Notes under the pieces: model-generated
Seen by the model: only the letters and a program-made list of their open reading frames with translations
Database searches by the model: none
What the model was told of the DNA's origin: nothing
Translations under genes and position numbers: made by a program
Assembly (NCBI GenBank): GCA_002269645.1
Contig: NIVC01000620.1
Coordinates: 434,001 to 498,000 of the forward strand
Direction of reading: 5' to 3'
Origin: Macrostomum lignano
Taxonomy: Eukaryota
DNA length: 64,000 nucleotides
Shown here: positions 40,317 through 55,754 of the stretch, in pieces
Layout of the letters: each line of letters begins with the position of its first letter
Numbering within the stretch: the stretch's first letter is position 1

Positions 40317-41911
40317 CTGAATTTCAGGGAAGTGTGCATTGCGTTTTCCGAAAAAATCTGCGTTGTGTAAAATTTCGTAGAATTCTAAATTTGATAAAAG
40401 AACAATTTTAATTGTCATGAAACTGATATGAAAATCAGGTAGCCGAACTTCAGATGCTTTGCTCACGGCATTTACGCTCGTTAGATGCTTCTCGCTTTTG
40501 TAACGATAATATTTATATCAGATTAATTTGTTATTGTCCCAAAAATAGCTATCGAGTTCTATTTTGCAGACAGGAATTTCGATACTCTGTAGTTAAAATA
40601 ACAAATACTCCTAGTTCTAAACAGTTTTGGCAGCTCGCCAAAATTAAAACTCTCCGATTTCTAAACCAGCGAGCAATCATCCAAGACTCTCAACTTACTT
40701 TTTTGTACAGCAAACAAAGTCAAACTTGTTTTTGTTGTAATGAAACTCCTGCCGGTTTGTCGATAATTATCTTTTGTTAGAAATTGCTTTGCTTATATTA
40801 TTTGAGTCGATTTTGACTGCGTCAAAACAAAATATTAGCGTCAAACAATTAATCTTTTTTTCCTTAGAGTAACTTTTATCTGTTTGCATATAAAATTTTT
40901 AGTGAATAAAACAAGAAATTTGATATTGTGATATTATTATTCACATTTGAATATTATATTAAATTTACTCAGTTGTATGACGTAGCGAGTTCGAGATGTA
41001 GTTAGCGATTAATTAAGCATTAGTTATTTATTTATTAGTTAGCTAGTTCAATTATTAGTAGTGTTGACACGCAGGGTACGAGACAAAACGCCGAGTTGAG
41101 GAGAGTACAATAACGAGCGCGAGGCAACAATTTAAATTGGCGGGGAAATCCGATTCATTTAAACCTAAGATGTCTATAAAAAAGTAATAATAACTTGGAC
41201 TTAAATAAATAAAACTTGGAGCACATTTTTTTCTAAATAAATTACATTAAATTAATAGCTGGGGAACCTGCAAATTAATCAACTACAATAATTTTAAGTA
41301 ATAAAAACTCAGTTAGAAACTAAAAATTTAAGATGCTAACGACGTCGTCACAGTTTCTTCGTCGAGATTGAAAATTATATCTTAGGATTTTCAAATTTGA
41401 AACAATAATTTCGCTTCTCCGAAATTATAAAGTAACAGTTTTCGCAACAATTATTAAAATCGATGTTAGAAAATTGTTGATAAAGGCTCGTTCACACCCA
41501 GGAGCGTATAGCCTGGCAGGGAGGGCAAGGGCCTTCCCCTAATAGAGTGGCACAGCAGGTTCGCCGTCTCTGTGTCCATTGGTAGTAATAGATCCCCAAA
41601 AACTTATTTGGCGCTGGGCACCCCTTGTTGCTAGCGCTCCTGGGTGCTAAAGCCCGTCGCTGGCCCCAAGGCGCCTCCCCATCAAAAAGCCTGGCTCCTC
41701 TCATGGGTACACTGCGATCATGAGGCTTCGTTACATTGTGCGTATCTTCGTTGCACTCTTTTTATAACCATATCTCGTTAATTAGGCAACCTCACTCAGA
41801 CTTTATTTTAATTGCCTAGTCATTTTAAGTGAAAACAACATTGATTTCTTGTAATTGTTATTAGGCTCACATGCTGAATAGTTAAAGGTAAATGAAGCAT
41901 AATTTCTTGAA

Positions 41912-42328
41912 TCAGTTGGGCCTGAGCACCGGTTGAATTCGACCGCTTTGACCTTTGCGCGCCTCGCTGAACTGCCTCAGCTGCTGCACGAGCTCCCGAG
42001 AGCGCTGCCGCTGCGGAAAGTCCGGGTCCTGCACGCACTGCACCAGGTAGTCATTCTCGTCAATCAGTCGCTTCATCTCCTTCTCGATGATGCACACTTT
42101 TGATTGCAGCGAGTTTACCAACTGGCCCTGATATTCAATCTTTGCATTGGCGGCTGCCAGCCTCGCGGACAGCTCCGGCAGGCTCACAGCCGACTGACTC
42201 GTTTCGTCAACTGTTGCTAGGGAAGCGCCGCCGATCGATGGGAGATCCGTGCTTTGGGCCTTCTTCCGGATCAGGCGTTTGGAGTCTGCAGTCTCGGCAG
42301 CTGATAGCTTGACAGTCTCAGATGCCAT
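41912..42328 (-). CDS. Small uncharacterised coiled-coil protein (138 aa)
   Basis: ATG-initiated non-repetitive ORF with a heptad segment LSARLAAANAKIEYQGQLVNSLQSKVCIIEKEMKRL. Confidence 0.6.
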   Translation of the reverse strand: MASETVKLSAAETADSKRLIRKKAQSTDLPSIGGASLATVDETSQSAVSLPELSARLAAANAKIEYQGQLVNSLQSKVCIIEKEMKRLIDENDYLVQCVQDPDFPQRQRSRELVQQLRQFSEARKGQSGRIQPVLRPN

Positions 42329-43217
42329 TTAGTGCGTGCGTGTGACAAAAATGGAAGGGCGAATAGAAAAACGCAAGCTGTTATAAATCCGTCCGAGCCA
42401 CTTCAGCTGCATGCAGTCGACTGCGCACGAGGCAGCATTTTTCTAACCCGCATTGCAGTTCCCATCCGACGTATTCTGTGCAAAACAATGCAATTTCAGT
42501 CATTGTTTGCCGTACCGGTTTTGTCTAGATAGAAAGACGAGAGCAATTGACTCTGGTGCCTGAGTCAGCTGATAGATTAATTGCTTCCGCTTTATCTTCT
42601 CCTGTCTCAGAGCTTACAGCAGACTTCCCATTTGTCAGGTGTTGATTCCCAGGAATTTTACATTCATTTTAAATTGTGAAACAGCCTCTGCCTGGCTCAG
42701 AGCCTGCCTATAGAGAATACGACGGTGAAGCCTTCCGTGATGCTTGGCTGCTTGCTTCAAGACAAGCCTCAAGAAATTTTACTTGGAGTTGTTTTTCGTT
42801 CCGCTTTGTAAGCGTCACTTTCTTCGACTTTTGACACTCTTCATTTTTATTTAAACAGATCAGCTTAAAAGCTTGCTATGCCTTCCTACCTGCTACTTGA
42901 AATTTTAAATCAGTTTATTTGGACACTCAGAACGAAGCGACGAGTTCTCATGCCTCGAAACCCAAGCCTAGAATCGAGATCTAGCAGCGCCTCAACCGAC
43001 TCCGAGTTGCTGCTTCAGCAGTATCGCAACCAGCAGCAGACGCGGAAACAGAAAGTGTTTCAGCAGCATGCAAAAGTCACCGAAAAGACGACAACAACAC
43101 AACAGCACCACAAGCAGGAAACCGAGCAGCAAAAGCAGTCGAAAATGCCTCATAATCGGCAGAAGCAAGCTCACAAGCCTCGAGCCTGGGCACAAACCCA
43201 CAACACGAAACTATAGC

Positions 43218-44294
<1,077 letters not shown>

Positions 44295-44871
44295 AGTGTC
44301 ATCAGAGTGGTGTGTCTCTAGCCATTAATTGTGTTTCGTAGTTTTCCGCCTCTTGGTGAGCATCTCAGAACGCAAATTAGAGTTCTCAGCTCGACAGAAA
44401 ATCTTCTTTCTGTCTCTGTCTGCTCTTTTTTCGTTCTCGAGCGATCATGGTTCATTCAGTGTGCTGCACTCTGCCATTGCTTTGGCTGAAGACACTTCGG
44501 ACACAAAATTACTGCTTAATAAAAAAGTCTAAAATTTTCGGGACCACTTCGCTGCCATGTGGGTCTTCATTGGAAGTGCTATAAATGGACAATCAACCCT
44601 CTTAGCTGTTTAGAAGACACTAACTAAAAGCTAATTACAAGAATTTTTTCACAAGAATAATTTTTTCGATTTGATCATATGAGTTTGTTGGCTTAAGATA
44701 AGCTATTCTAAAAATCAACCAAACCGTTGCAATAACCAGTTTATCAAAATACTCATGATAACGAATCATAGAATATAGAAACTTGAAATCTTTTGATCGT
44801 AAGCTGACAGCCTACAGCCTACGGTTGTCTGCCAAAAGTTTTTTGAAATAAATTTCTAAATGGATCAATGG

Positions 44872-45200
<329 letters not shown>

Positions 45201-45946
45201 TAGATAGATCTTCTTCCTCAGGTCTCCTTGGCCTGCTTGTAGGTTGGTGAGAACTTGGTCGGAAATTATTGCAATGCTTGCCTTGTTGTCTTGGAGAAAT
45301 AAAAAGCGCTGCTGGGAAAAAGCAGAGACACAGAGAGATAGCAATCTTGTAGTTTTACGACGCCGGCACTGTCTCAGCAGGTTTGAAAATGAGCTCTGCT
45401 CATCGGTGTGACAAGCCCACCCAGACATGCTTTCTCCCTCACCCTTGTCAACGTCGCCCACCCTCGGCTGCCTCTGTTGCATTATCCATTCATTTAGTGA
45501 CAGCGAGACAGAGAGAAAAGCAAAGTGCTCTTTCTGCCGCCCAGGAGGGTCGTTTTTTTCTTTTCATTCTTATTTCTGCTTCTGCGCACCATTTTCTAGC
45601 GAAAACTCTGAGAGAATTGATGGTCTTTATTTCATAGCTTGTTTTTACTGCAAGTGTGTATACACCCGGCTCACTCTCCCTCTCACTCTCTCCCCAAGCT
45701 TCTCATTTCTATTGCTCAGTCGGATGTCTCTAAGGCGCAGGCTGGGAGCGGAGTGGCCCACAATCCGTTCTCCATCAGGCTCTGTCAATCTTACTTGACC
45801 AATATGGTCGCGGGTGAGCCAGTCAGCATTAAGCCTGATGAATGGCGTCTCCATCTATAAAAAGACCCGTCGCATTTAACTGTAATTGAAAGAAAACTAA
45901 AGTTATCGACTAGAAGTACGTTTTCGACAGTGCAGCAACAAGCGAC

Positions 45947-48900
45947 ATGGATTTTGACTACTCCGAGCAAATTGAAATTCGACCATCAAAAAGGTAGGTT
46001 TGTCATTTCAAGCGTTATAGTAACTTGAGTTATTGTTACCAGGCATCTTAGTCTCCCTCAGCTCGAAAATTCCCCATGAGTCTTGACAACTCTAGCGATT
46101 CCTTGAGTCTTGACAACTCAAGCGATTACCCATGAGTCTTGACAATTCAGCGGTTCCCGATGAGTCTTGACAACTCAGCGGTTCCTTATGAGTCTTGACA
46201 ACTCAGCGATTCCTTATGAGTCTTGAGAGCTCAGCGATTCCTAATGAGTCTTGACAACTCAGCGGTTCCTTATGAGTCTTGACAACTCAGCGATTCCTTA
46301 TGAGTCTTGAGAGCTCAGCGATTCCTAATGAGTCTTGACAACTCAGCGGTTCCTTATGAGTCTTGACAACTCAGCGGTTCCTTATGAGTCTTGACAACTC
46401 AGCGATTCCTTATGAGTCTTGAGAGCTCAGCGATTCCTAATGAGTCTTGACAACTCAGCGGTTCCTTATGAGTCTTGAGAGCTCAGCGATTCCTTATGAG
46501 TCTTGACAGCTCAGCGATTCCTTATGAGTCTTGACAGCTCAGCGATTCCTTATGAGTCTTGACAGCTCAGCGATTCCTTATGAGTCTTGACAGCTCAGCG
46601 ATTCCTTATGAGTCTTGACAGCTCAGCGATTCCTTATGAGTCTTGACAACTCAGCGATTCCTTATGAGTCTTGACAGCTCAGCGATTCCCCATGATTCTT
46701 GACAACTCAGCGATTCCTTATGAGTCTTGACAAACCAACAGTTCCCTACGACACTTAAAAACTCAACAATTCCCCATGATAAGTTTGAACATAGCTTGAC
46801 ATATTGCCTAATGATTGCCTAATTAGTGCTTCGTCATAACTGAAAATCAATATCTTGACTATTAAATCCCAATGACTGCCCCTAAATTAACGACGCCAGA
46901 GAATACCCCAGAGGTTGCAGGCAACATGACTGTGACTCAATTTTCTTGAATCAGCTGCGTGAGGCTACAGGGATGCAACGCCAGGGGGGGGGGGGCGTTG
47001 CCACCCATCCCCCAAAAACCCCTGGCGACCACGGACCCTCCGAAGAGTCCCGGAAGTGGATTGGGTCTTCCGGAGAGCCCTCAGTTAGCTTACAAGCTGG
47101 TGAAACTTTCCGGGTCCTAAAACGTTGGAGAGGTCCGGGTTTGGGCCGATGTATGTGAAGCTTCTCCTGAGTAAAGGCGGGGCATACACAGATGAAGTAG
47201 TGGTACATAACAGAACAGGTCACCGCATTGATGTCCCTGCGGTTGAGTCCAAGCAGGGCCCTGCGGAAAGCGACAGGACAGGCAACGGTAGTGCAGGGCT
47301 TCTGGCATCTTTGTGTTGGGAAAATTTGCATAACTTAATCATCAATACTACTTACTGAAAGTAGCTCATAGGCCGGACTGATAGGTTCTATTGCTAGACA
47401 TATCACTATAGCTGTTAGAAGCTAAAAAATACATATTATAGTTTTATTTAGAATTTCGATTAAAACTATTATAATACGAACTTTTTCGTTTGTGGTACTT
47501 TGAGTAGTGCTATTATTGAACCCTAAAACTTTAGATTAAGTGGGCATGCTTGCAACATATTTTAAGCCATGCTCCCCGGGGTTTGGCCTGAATGTTTGCA
47601 CAACAGTCTACAAGCTGAGAGCATTGGAGGCTGAGGCTATTCAAGTAGTCAAACGGAAATAATTGATGGCCTACTGCTCACTTCCTTGCGAGCTACATTG
47701 GGTCTCTCTGTGTTGACACTGCTGCAGGGTGGCCTTGTTATGGCTTGTTGGCCATGTCCTCTCTTCTTCAAGGAGCCTGCAGGAGTCAGGAACCCCCAGT
47801 GCCCCTTGTCCCCAAACTATTGGTCGCTATAAAATTGGACGACAAGCCAGTCTGCTCCCGCCCTCTGACAGCAGACTGATCCCCGTCTAGAGCCGGAATT
47901 CTCCTCACGGACCAGCTGCTTAGCAACTGCAGGCAGATACACAATAAGCCAGACTGCCAGGCAGAACGCTTTGAATAGCATCACCAACCCCGGTTACTTT
48001 TTGCGTATTTCTTCCAAGCATTGTGCTTCTGCGATGCTGCACCTTTTGTAGCTCGCACTTCTATTCTGTTCTTCCTGGATCCCCGGTCTTGAGAAACTGA
48101 ATAGGCTGGGCTTAGTGCAGAGAGCCCAGCTTACAAAGCAGCTTACAACTCTGAGCAGAGTCGCATTTGAACAGATCGGAAGTTGACGGGGGATTTTCTT
48201 GTAAAGTTAAAATAAGTAGAAGTTTTTGAAGAAGAGTTAAAAAGGCCGAGAGGATCAGCTCTGTATAAATCAGGCAAAATCCCTCTACACCATTGAAATC
48301 ATGTCGCAGAGATGAGGAGGCATTCAAGATGGAGGATCAAGGCTCCGCTCTGCTGCACTACTCTGAGGCCGAGCTCACGGCCAGTCGAATCAATCTGAAG
48401 GAGCGCCGGCTTCTGTCGCGCAGCTGGGCCCGCCTGGAGGCCGATCGGAGCTACCGGATGCGCTGCCTGCAGACGGACCTGCGCCTGGCCGAGCTGGGCC
48501 GCGCACGCTTGGAGACGCGCAGCGCTCGGGTGCGCAGCAACCTGACGCAGGACGAGCGCAGCGGCTACCGTCGATTGGACGCCGCTGGTATGCTTCGCCT
48601 GCCGTCGGGTTGTAGCTATTACCGACGTCCGGCACACCTGGAGCCGGCCCAGCTCATCCAGTCCGCCCAGAGACGCCTTGAAGCCGGCGGCACGTGCAGT
48701 CGTCTCACTCGGAGGCAACACTCGCCGCAGCGCCTGCTGCGACCGAGCACCAGCAAAACCGCCAGCTCCAGTGCGGTGCGCTTTGTCCGCTCCGACATCG
48801 CATTCGACGCGCCAGACGTGGACGACATCAATGACGCTTCATCGACTGCATCGACTTCTTCAGCGTCGACAACGGAGAGTCTGCGTCAATTGCGCACAGC

Positions 48901-49186
48901 TGCGGCCGCGTCCTCGGCGCGTCAGAGGCCGCAGACGACAACAGCAACAGCCAGGAGTACCTACAGCGCCCTTCAACAGCTTCAGCAGCAGCAGCAAAGG
49001 CTACGACTAACCAGCCAGTCCTGCCATTCCGCATTTTACACCGGCGGCGAGCAGCGGCAGAGCCACTTAATGGACGCAGCTAGCAGGCGTCGGGCTTGGG
49101 CGGAGGCTGAACGACAGAAGCAGCGCAACTTAGACAGACCAGTGAAGGAGTTTCTGCGCTCCCTGGAGCAGCTGCGGGTCGCTTGA
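45947..49186 (+). CDS. Uncharacterised R/S/Q-rich protein (about 307 aa, 2 exons)
   Basis: Exon 45947-45993 (MDFDYSEQIEIRPSK, donor AG|GTAGG) joins in phase 2 to 48310-49186 (acceptor GTCGCAG). TATAAAA lies about 90 bp upstream. Exon 2 is GC-rich and coding-like. The exon 1 link is inferred. Confidence 0.65.
46075..46732 (+). repeat. 28-bp minisatellite, about 23 copies
   Basis: Unit TCTTGACAACTCAGCGATTCCTTATGAG. Confidence 0.96.
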
Positions 49187-49399
49187 AAATGAGCTGATTT
49201 TTTCAAAGGCATTATTCTACATTTACTACTGCACATAATATGCAAATAATTTTTCATAGCTAATGGTTTTCTGATTCTTATTTTGACTCTAAATAAATAA
49301 TTTTATTCGTAATTTTTGCAGTGACAGGCCGATCGGCCTGAGAAAATTTGATAAATAACAGTCGATTTTCTCTTTCTGAAGCGTACTTTCAAAAGAAAT

Positions 49400-49930
49400 G
49401 AAATGAAAAAAATGAGAATCTAGAAATGAGGAATGGGAATTAAGAAATGAGAATTGAGAAATGAGAAATGAGAATTGAGAAATTACAATTTAGAAATGAG
49501 AATTGAGAAATGAGAATTGAGAAATGAGAAATGAGAATTAAGAATTGAGAATTGAGAATTGAGAATTGAGAAATGAGAATTGAGAATTGAGAATTGAGAA
49601 TTGAGAAATGAGAATTGAGAAATGAGAATTGAGAAATGAGAATTGAGAATTGAGAAATGAGAATTGAGAAATGAGAATTGAGAAATTAGAAATGATAATT
49701 GAGGAATGAGAATTTAGAAATGAGAATTGAGAAATGAGAATTGAGAAATGAGAAATGAGAATTGAGAAATGAGAAATGAGAATCGAGAAAAGAGAAATGA
49801 GAAATGAGAAATGAGAAATTACAATTGAGAATCAGGAAATAAGAATCGAAAATTAATAATGGACAATTGACAATTAAGAATTGAGAACTAAGAATTAACA
49901 AATGAGAAATGAGAAATGAGAAATGAAAAT
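49400..49930 (+). repeat. Degenerate (GAGAATT)/(GAGAAAT) 7-bp repeat
   Basis: Direct reading. Confidence 0.92.
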
Positions 49931-50277
49931 TTGCGCAAATGTGAGAATAGTGTTCCAAATTTTACCGGCTAGAGGCAAAGATTATCACCGGCATTAACGA
50001 AATGAGACATTTTTATGCAAATAAGCCAACTACTACAAGTATATTACGTTTTGGAGACAGAAGTCTTTATTATAAAAATCAAAAAACTCTCAAACGCTTT
50101 CGCCAAGTACGTCATTGTCTTTTTCATATTGGCCCAGACATGCTTGGGTTGCTAGTGGATAAGTTCTAACGCTGTAAAAATTTCGCACCAATTTAAACAT
50201 TCCGCAAAGATTTTAAAGAGAATTCGGCTCCGCAAATCTCGAAAGCCGCTCAACTCCATCGGGTCTCTTTATTTTTA

Positions 50278-50535
50278 TATTAGAGGCAGTGAGGCTGTGT
50301 GCACCCTGACGCACATTGTCACATAACCGGAGAGAGGCATTACTCCGACTCCCCTGAGCAGGCACACAAGCTCACGGATACCTATAGATACGCAATCATA
50401 CGCACAGGCACACACTCACACAGGAGTGTACAGCGGCCCTAACTTTATTTATCCTTAAACATGTACACCTCACTGTTTCTAGGGGTTGGCCCTCAATGGC
50501 GTTAATTGCACGAGCAGAGCCAAGCCGAGATTCCA
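50278..50535 (-). mobile_element. SINE copy 3, 5'-truncated, minus strand
   Basis: Reverse complement of the SINE body (CCGACTCCCCTGAGCAGGCACACAAG; CACACAGGAGTGTACAGCGGCCCTAACTTTATTT) and of its 3' end (TATTAGAGGCAG). The tRNA head is missing. Confidence 0.85.
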
Positions 50536-51439
50536 GTTTCTTCAAATGTAGCGAAAAAGTTTCCGGTAGGATTTCTGAGCAGATCTCTTTACAATTCAGA
50601 GCAACATGGATTCGACTGGTTGCATAAAACGCTTGACGAAAGCAAGCCTGAGAAAGGTCCTGGAGCTGGAGGAGATCTCCCAAACTGTGCTCAGCGGCAG
50701 CCTACCACTCAGAACTGAGGAACAGGTATACGACTGCTGGCTAAGTCACATTAGAGGCACCTAAGCTAAAATTCACAGCTCAAAGCCAGGGGCACTTGCT
50801 CATCAACTTTGAGCCCCCATTCCGTGCAGTGCCTGCTGAGCAGTCCTCAGAGAAACATGCACGTGAGATTGAAATTGTTGAAAAATCAACTCTGATTATG
50901 CTAAAATTGAATTCTAAAATCGGATGATGACGTGAGAAGTCAATGGTGGCAAAAAATCTGCACCAGAAAAAGCAGACAGTTGAGACTGAAAGACACTGAC
51001 AATGTGACGCTCACGGTTAGAAACAAATTTAAAAATCGCAAAATTCACGCAAAAATGCATTCGAACGATCCAAGCGCTGCACTGAGATTCTATGCGTGGA
51101 GGAGCAGCCACCGGCAGCAACCCAGCCTCCCCAAGACAACGCACAGCAAACAAATTTCTCTGTCGCTATGGCAACGCGATGCTGAATTCAGCGCAGAAAG
51201 CAACAGAGAGACAACAAAGAATCTCTCAAACCAATCCAAAGCCCGGCTTCATCGGGATCGACTGGCTCGACACTGCGCTCCCGCGCTGCCATCGCAACGC
51301 CCTCCACCCCAAATGATGAGTTGGGAAGCTGCATAAAGCCCGCAGTCCTGCAGCAGTCGAGAGGCACAAAAGCGAAAAGAACATCCCATCTCCGTAAAAG
51401 ACTCTCCGCTGCCGCTCTGACCGCTCTGACTTTGTCAAA

Positions 51440-52576
51440 TCTGCCGCTGATTCTCTGCTGCTGCATCGCTCTCGGCCACTCGCTCGAATTCGGCCACTTG
51501 AGCTGCTTTGTGGACGAAGAAACTCCAAACCGAGACCTCACCGGTCTTGTTGGCTTATCCATTGTCGGACCTTACTCGAAGACACCGGAGGAGGGGGACG
51601 TCGCACTTTATGGCAGCTTGACTTTAGAAGTTTGCACGAAATCTGCACGTATGGAAAATTCCGGTACTTTTCCGTTCAGTATTCAGGTGCTTGCTTCTGC
51701 GGAAACTCGTACGGCAGATTCGGCAGGGCAGCCGACAGCGACTGCAACATGGCCTGCGCTGGCAACTCCGCCCAAATCTGTGGAGGGACGTCGCGAAACT
51801 CTGTGTACCCGCAGGTCTACAATCGTTCAGGTGAGCGTAACGGAATTGCAATCGATGCGGTTCTACTTCTACACGTACATGTACTTTTCCAGCTGCACTG
51901 GGCACAGCATCCATGGTTTAGCACGCGTTTGCTTCAGCATTAAATATTAAGATTTCAAAGCATTTCACAAAGTCAAACTAGATTTCTGATCCAACACAGA
52001 TAAACAAATATAATTAATTTTCCGTAGGGCTCCGGGCACGCTATTAGAACGCTGTCAAAAAATGGTTTCACAACCAAAGGTTTTGTCAATCTTCAGCCCG
52101 TTCTGCTGATTTCTGGGCACGTATAAGAGCACGGATAACTGTACGAACTCATACATGTACACTCTCTGTGCCTTGGGATTTAGCACTCCTAGGTGTGAGC
52201 GCGCAACGAACACTGAGCCAATTTTTCAAAAGAAAATATACAGCCAGAGTTTGAATGCAGTTTCAGCATGTGACTGACTACAGTCGACATGTCGAAGGTC
52301 TCACAAGAGTAGCGGTGCACCACTCAATGTCTTTTTTTCCTTTCAGATAGCAAGCATTTCATTTTGGCTGACCGAGACTACGTGAACCTGACCTCTACCA
52401 GCGGCCCGTTCTACCGCACCGAGCAGCCCGTCAGGAGTTTGACTGAGTACGTATATCGCTGCGTCACAGACTGCCAGGCCGTGCTGTTCCACCTGGACGC
52501 CTGCCACCTGCTGAGATTCGCCGTTCTGCCACACGAGCTGAAGAACGTCGCTGGGATGTTCGTCACCCGCGTGTGA
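51440..52576 (+). pseudogene. WSC + PAN/Apple-like protein C, disrupted (pseudogene or assembly error)
   Basis: Exon 1 ends at 51830 (G|GTGAG) and exon 2 is 52347-52576, the same phase-1 intron as A and B. A 1-nt deletion at about 51635 splits the WSC domain (EVC[H]EICTYGKFRYFSVQYSGACFCGN). No in-frame ATG before the signal-like LPLILCCCIALGHS. Cys to Tyr in exon 2 (SLTEYVYRC). Confidence 0.75.
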
Positions 52577-52609
52577 GGGACCGCCAGATTCGGAGCAAGG
52601 AGACTCGGT

Positions 52610-54000
52610 TGCTGAAGCCTCTGATTGGTGAACTCTGTGATTTCTGACACCCTCTGATTGGTGAACTCTGTGATTTCTGACACCCTCTGATTGCTGCAAT
52701 TCTGTGATTTCTGACACCATCTGATTGCTGCAACTCTGCAATTTCTGACACCATCTGAGTGCTGAATATTGTGAATTCTGACACCATCTGAGTGCTGAAC
52801 TCTGTGATTTCTGACACCATCTGATTGCTGAACTCTGTGATTTCTGACACCATCTGATTGCTGAACTCTGTGATTTCTGACACCCTCTGATTGCTGAACT
52901 CTGTGATTTCTGACACCCTCTGATTGCTGAACTCTGTGATTTCTGACACCATCTGATTGCTGAACTCTGTGATTTCTGACACCCTCTGATTGCTGAACTC
53001 TGTGATTTCTGACACCATCTGATTGCTGAACTCTGTGATTTCTGACACCATCTGAGTGCTGAACTCTGTGATTTCTGACACCATCTGATTGCTGAACTCT
53101 GTGATTTCTGACACCATCTGATTGCTGAACTCTGTGATTTCTGACACCATCTGATTGCTGAACTCTGTGATTTCTGACACCCTCTGATTGCTGAACTCTG
53201 TGATTTCTGACACCATCTGATTGCTGAACTCTGTGATTTCTGACACCATCTGATTGCTGAACTCTGTGATTTCTGACACCATCTGATTGCTGAACTGCGT
53301 GATTTCTGACACCCTCTGATTGCTGAACTCTGTGATTTCTGACACCATCTGATTGCTGAACTCTGTGATTTCTGACACCATCTGATTGCTGAACTCTGTG
53401 ATTTCTGACACCATCTGATTGCTGAACTCTGTGATTTCTGACACCATCTGAGTGCTGAACTCTGTGATTTCTGACACCATCTGATTGCTGAACTCTGTGA
53501 TTTCTGACACCCTCTGATTGCTGAACTCTGTGATTTCTGACACCATCTGATTGCTGAACTCTGTGATTTCTGACACCATCTGATTGCTGAACTCTGTGAT
53601 TTCTGACACCATCTGATTGCTGAACTCTGTGATTTCTGACACCATCTGATTGCTGAACTCTGTGATTTCTGACACCATCTGATTGCTGAACTCTGTGATT
53701 TCTGACACCATCTGATTGCTGAACTCTGTGATTTCTGACACCATCTGATTGCTGAACTCTGTGATTTCTGACACCATCTGAGTGCTGAACTCTGTGATTT
53801 CTGACACCATCTGATTGCTGAACTCTGTGATTTCTGACACCCTCTGATTGCTGAACTCTGTGATTTCTGACACCATCTGATTGCTGAACTCTGTGATTTC
53901 TGACACCCTCTGCTTGCTGAACTCTGTGATTTCTGACACCCTCTGATTGCTTAACTCTGTGATTTCTGACACCATCTGAGTGCTGAATATTGTGATTTCT
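52610..54000 (+). repeat. 33-bp minisatellite, about 42 copies
   Basis: Unit CTGATTGCTGAACTCTGTGATTTCTGACACCAT. It is the source of the 483-aa SNQMVSEITEF ORF on the minus strand. Confidence 0.98.
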
Positions 54001-55544
54001 GCAAATCTAACCACAGTTAATATATTTACTCCTGGCGTGTCACCTGAGTTCCAAAAAAATAAATATTTTTTGCTGCCAAAAAGAAAGAATTCTAGCGGCT
54101 TCTGAGCAGTAGCTTAATGGCATATAAATTTCTTTTTTTATCTTGATCGATCGACATAACGGCAGTAGTAGCAACCAAAGCAGATATTGCTGCCACACTA
54201 TCGACTCTAGCATTATCAGGCATCAGATTTACAGCAGCGAATTAACTGAAGAAACTTCTCAATTCACACGGAGCTGCTGTATGAGCTATTGTAACACTCG
54301 AATATCACACCAGTTTCTACGAGTATAAGGCTAGCACCCCAGATGTTGCGAAAAAAATTTAGAGTGTTATACTTCGATATACTACTTGCACAGCAGAAGC
54401 CACAATAGCTTCTGTAGGTGACATCTCAGGTGTGTATACTATCTATTATTTACACACCTTGAAACGTATAGCACCTGTATCATTTATTTACTTTAGTACA
54501 CTTACAAAGGGAATTGAGAATATGAATTGCAGCACTCGATGGATTAGAATGATAAAGCTGTTAGTTAGTTTAACAGCAGTTAGTGAGCAGGCTAAATACA
54601 GGTATAATAATTAACACCAGGAATTCCTAACCATTTTTCTGCCCGTCGAAATACCATGGATTCAAAGGCATTTTTTGCTTCTGCAGTACGCAAGAAGGCA
54701 GATACACGAATTTCAAGGACACATGGGCTTGTTTGCTTTTTGCACCTGGCGCCATTTCAATCAAGAACCAAGTAGTTAGACACTCCAGACAGTCGAGATA
54801 TTCAACAGTTGTGCTTGTGTCACCTGGTGTCACCGAAGGCCCACAACCTTTTGAAGTCATAGCAGATGCATCCACGTGTGGTTGAGATGCTGATAAAATT
54901 TTGAGACGCAGTGCTTACTTGAATACACTTGTATCGAAACAAGTCTGAATATTCCCTCACCTTTGAAGTTCTACCGTTAAAGCACCGAGTAACAAACACA
55001 CATTCCCTTGCAAACAACGTGAAAATGTTAAAATCTGGTGAGACAGTGTTTTTCAAGCAAAGTTAAGCGTAGTCTAAATTTGTTTGTAAGCAGAGTTAGC
55101 TTTGCAAAGCTCACTAGCTACAATGTGAGTAAGTTTTAAATAAATTAGTGCTAGGAGTCAGATTTATTTCGTATTTGTAGCTCCATCTGATGAGGTAGTG
55201 ACAGTCGACTGGGTATTGAAGTCTACGACATTTGCCCGCGGGAAGTCTTCACAGGAACTTCACAGGACCTTGAGATTAGGCGAATTAGGGAAGACTTATC
55301 TCCACCTAGTCACGAATCTTATCATTCAGTCGATCATCTGCAGCCACGTTTATCAATTAAGAGTTAATTATAAAGTGTATTATTAATCTAAACTGCTGAT
55401 AAATTTATATAGTCAAGGTATATAACTATACTACTATAGATGATAACTTTATCAGAATCGAATAATAATCATCACTCAATCTAAATCTTATCTGGAGTTG
55501 TCTTATCAGCGTTATTAATTTACTTGTACCGCATTTCTGATTAT

Positions 55545-55754
<210 letters not shown>

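Noticed and set aside
52563-54014. 483-aa minus-strand ORF of SNQMVSEITEF repeats
   Set aside because: It coincides exactly with a 33-bp minisatellite and has no unique N- or C-terminal domain. Expression cannot be excluded without RNA data.
54627-55056. Two overlapping minus-strand ORFs with protein-like composition
   Set aside because: The only apparent intron is 29 nt and joins them out of frame; no recognisable motif.
55187-55223. Second hammerhead candidate (CTGATGAG...GAAGTC)
   Set aside because: It lacks the GAAA core, and stems I and III do not pair convincingly.
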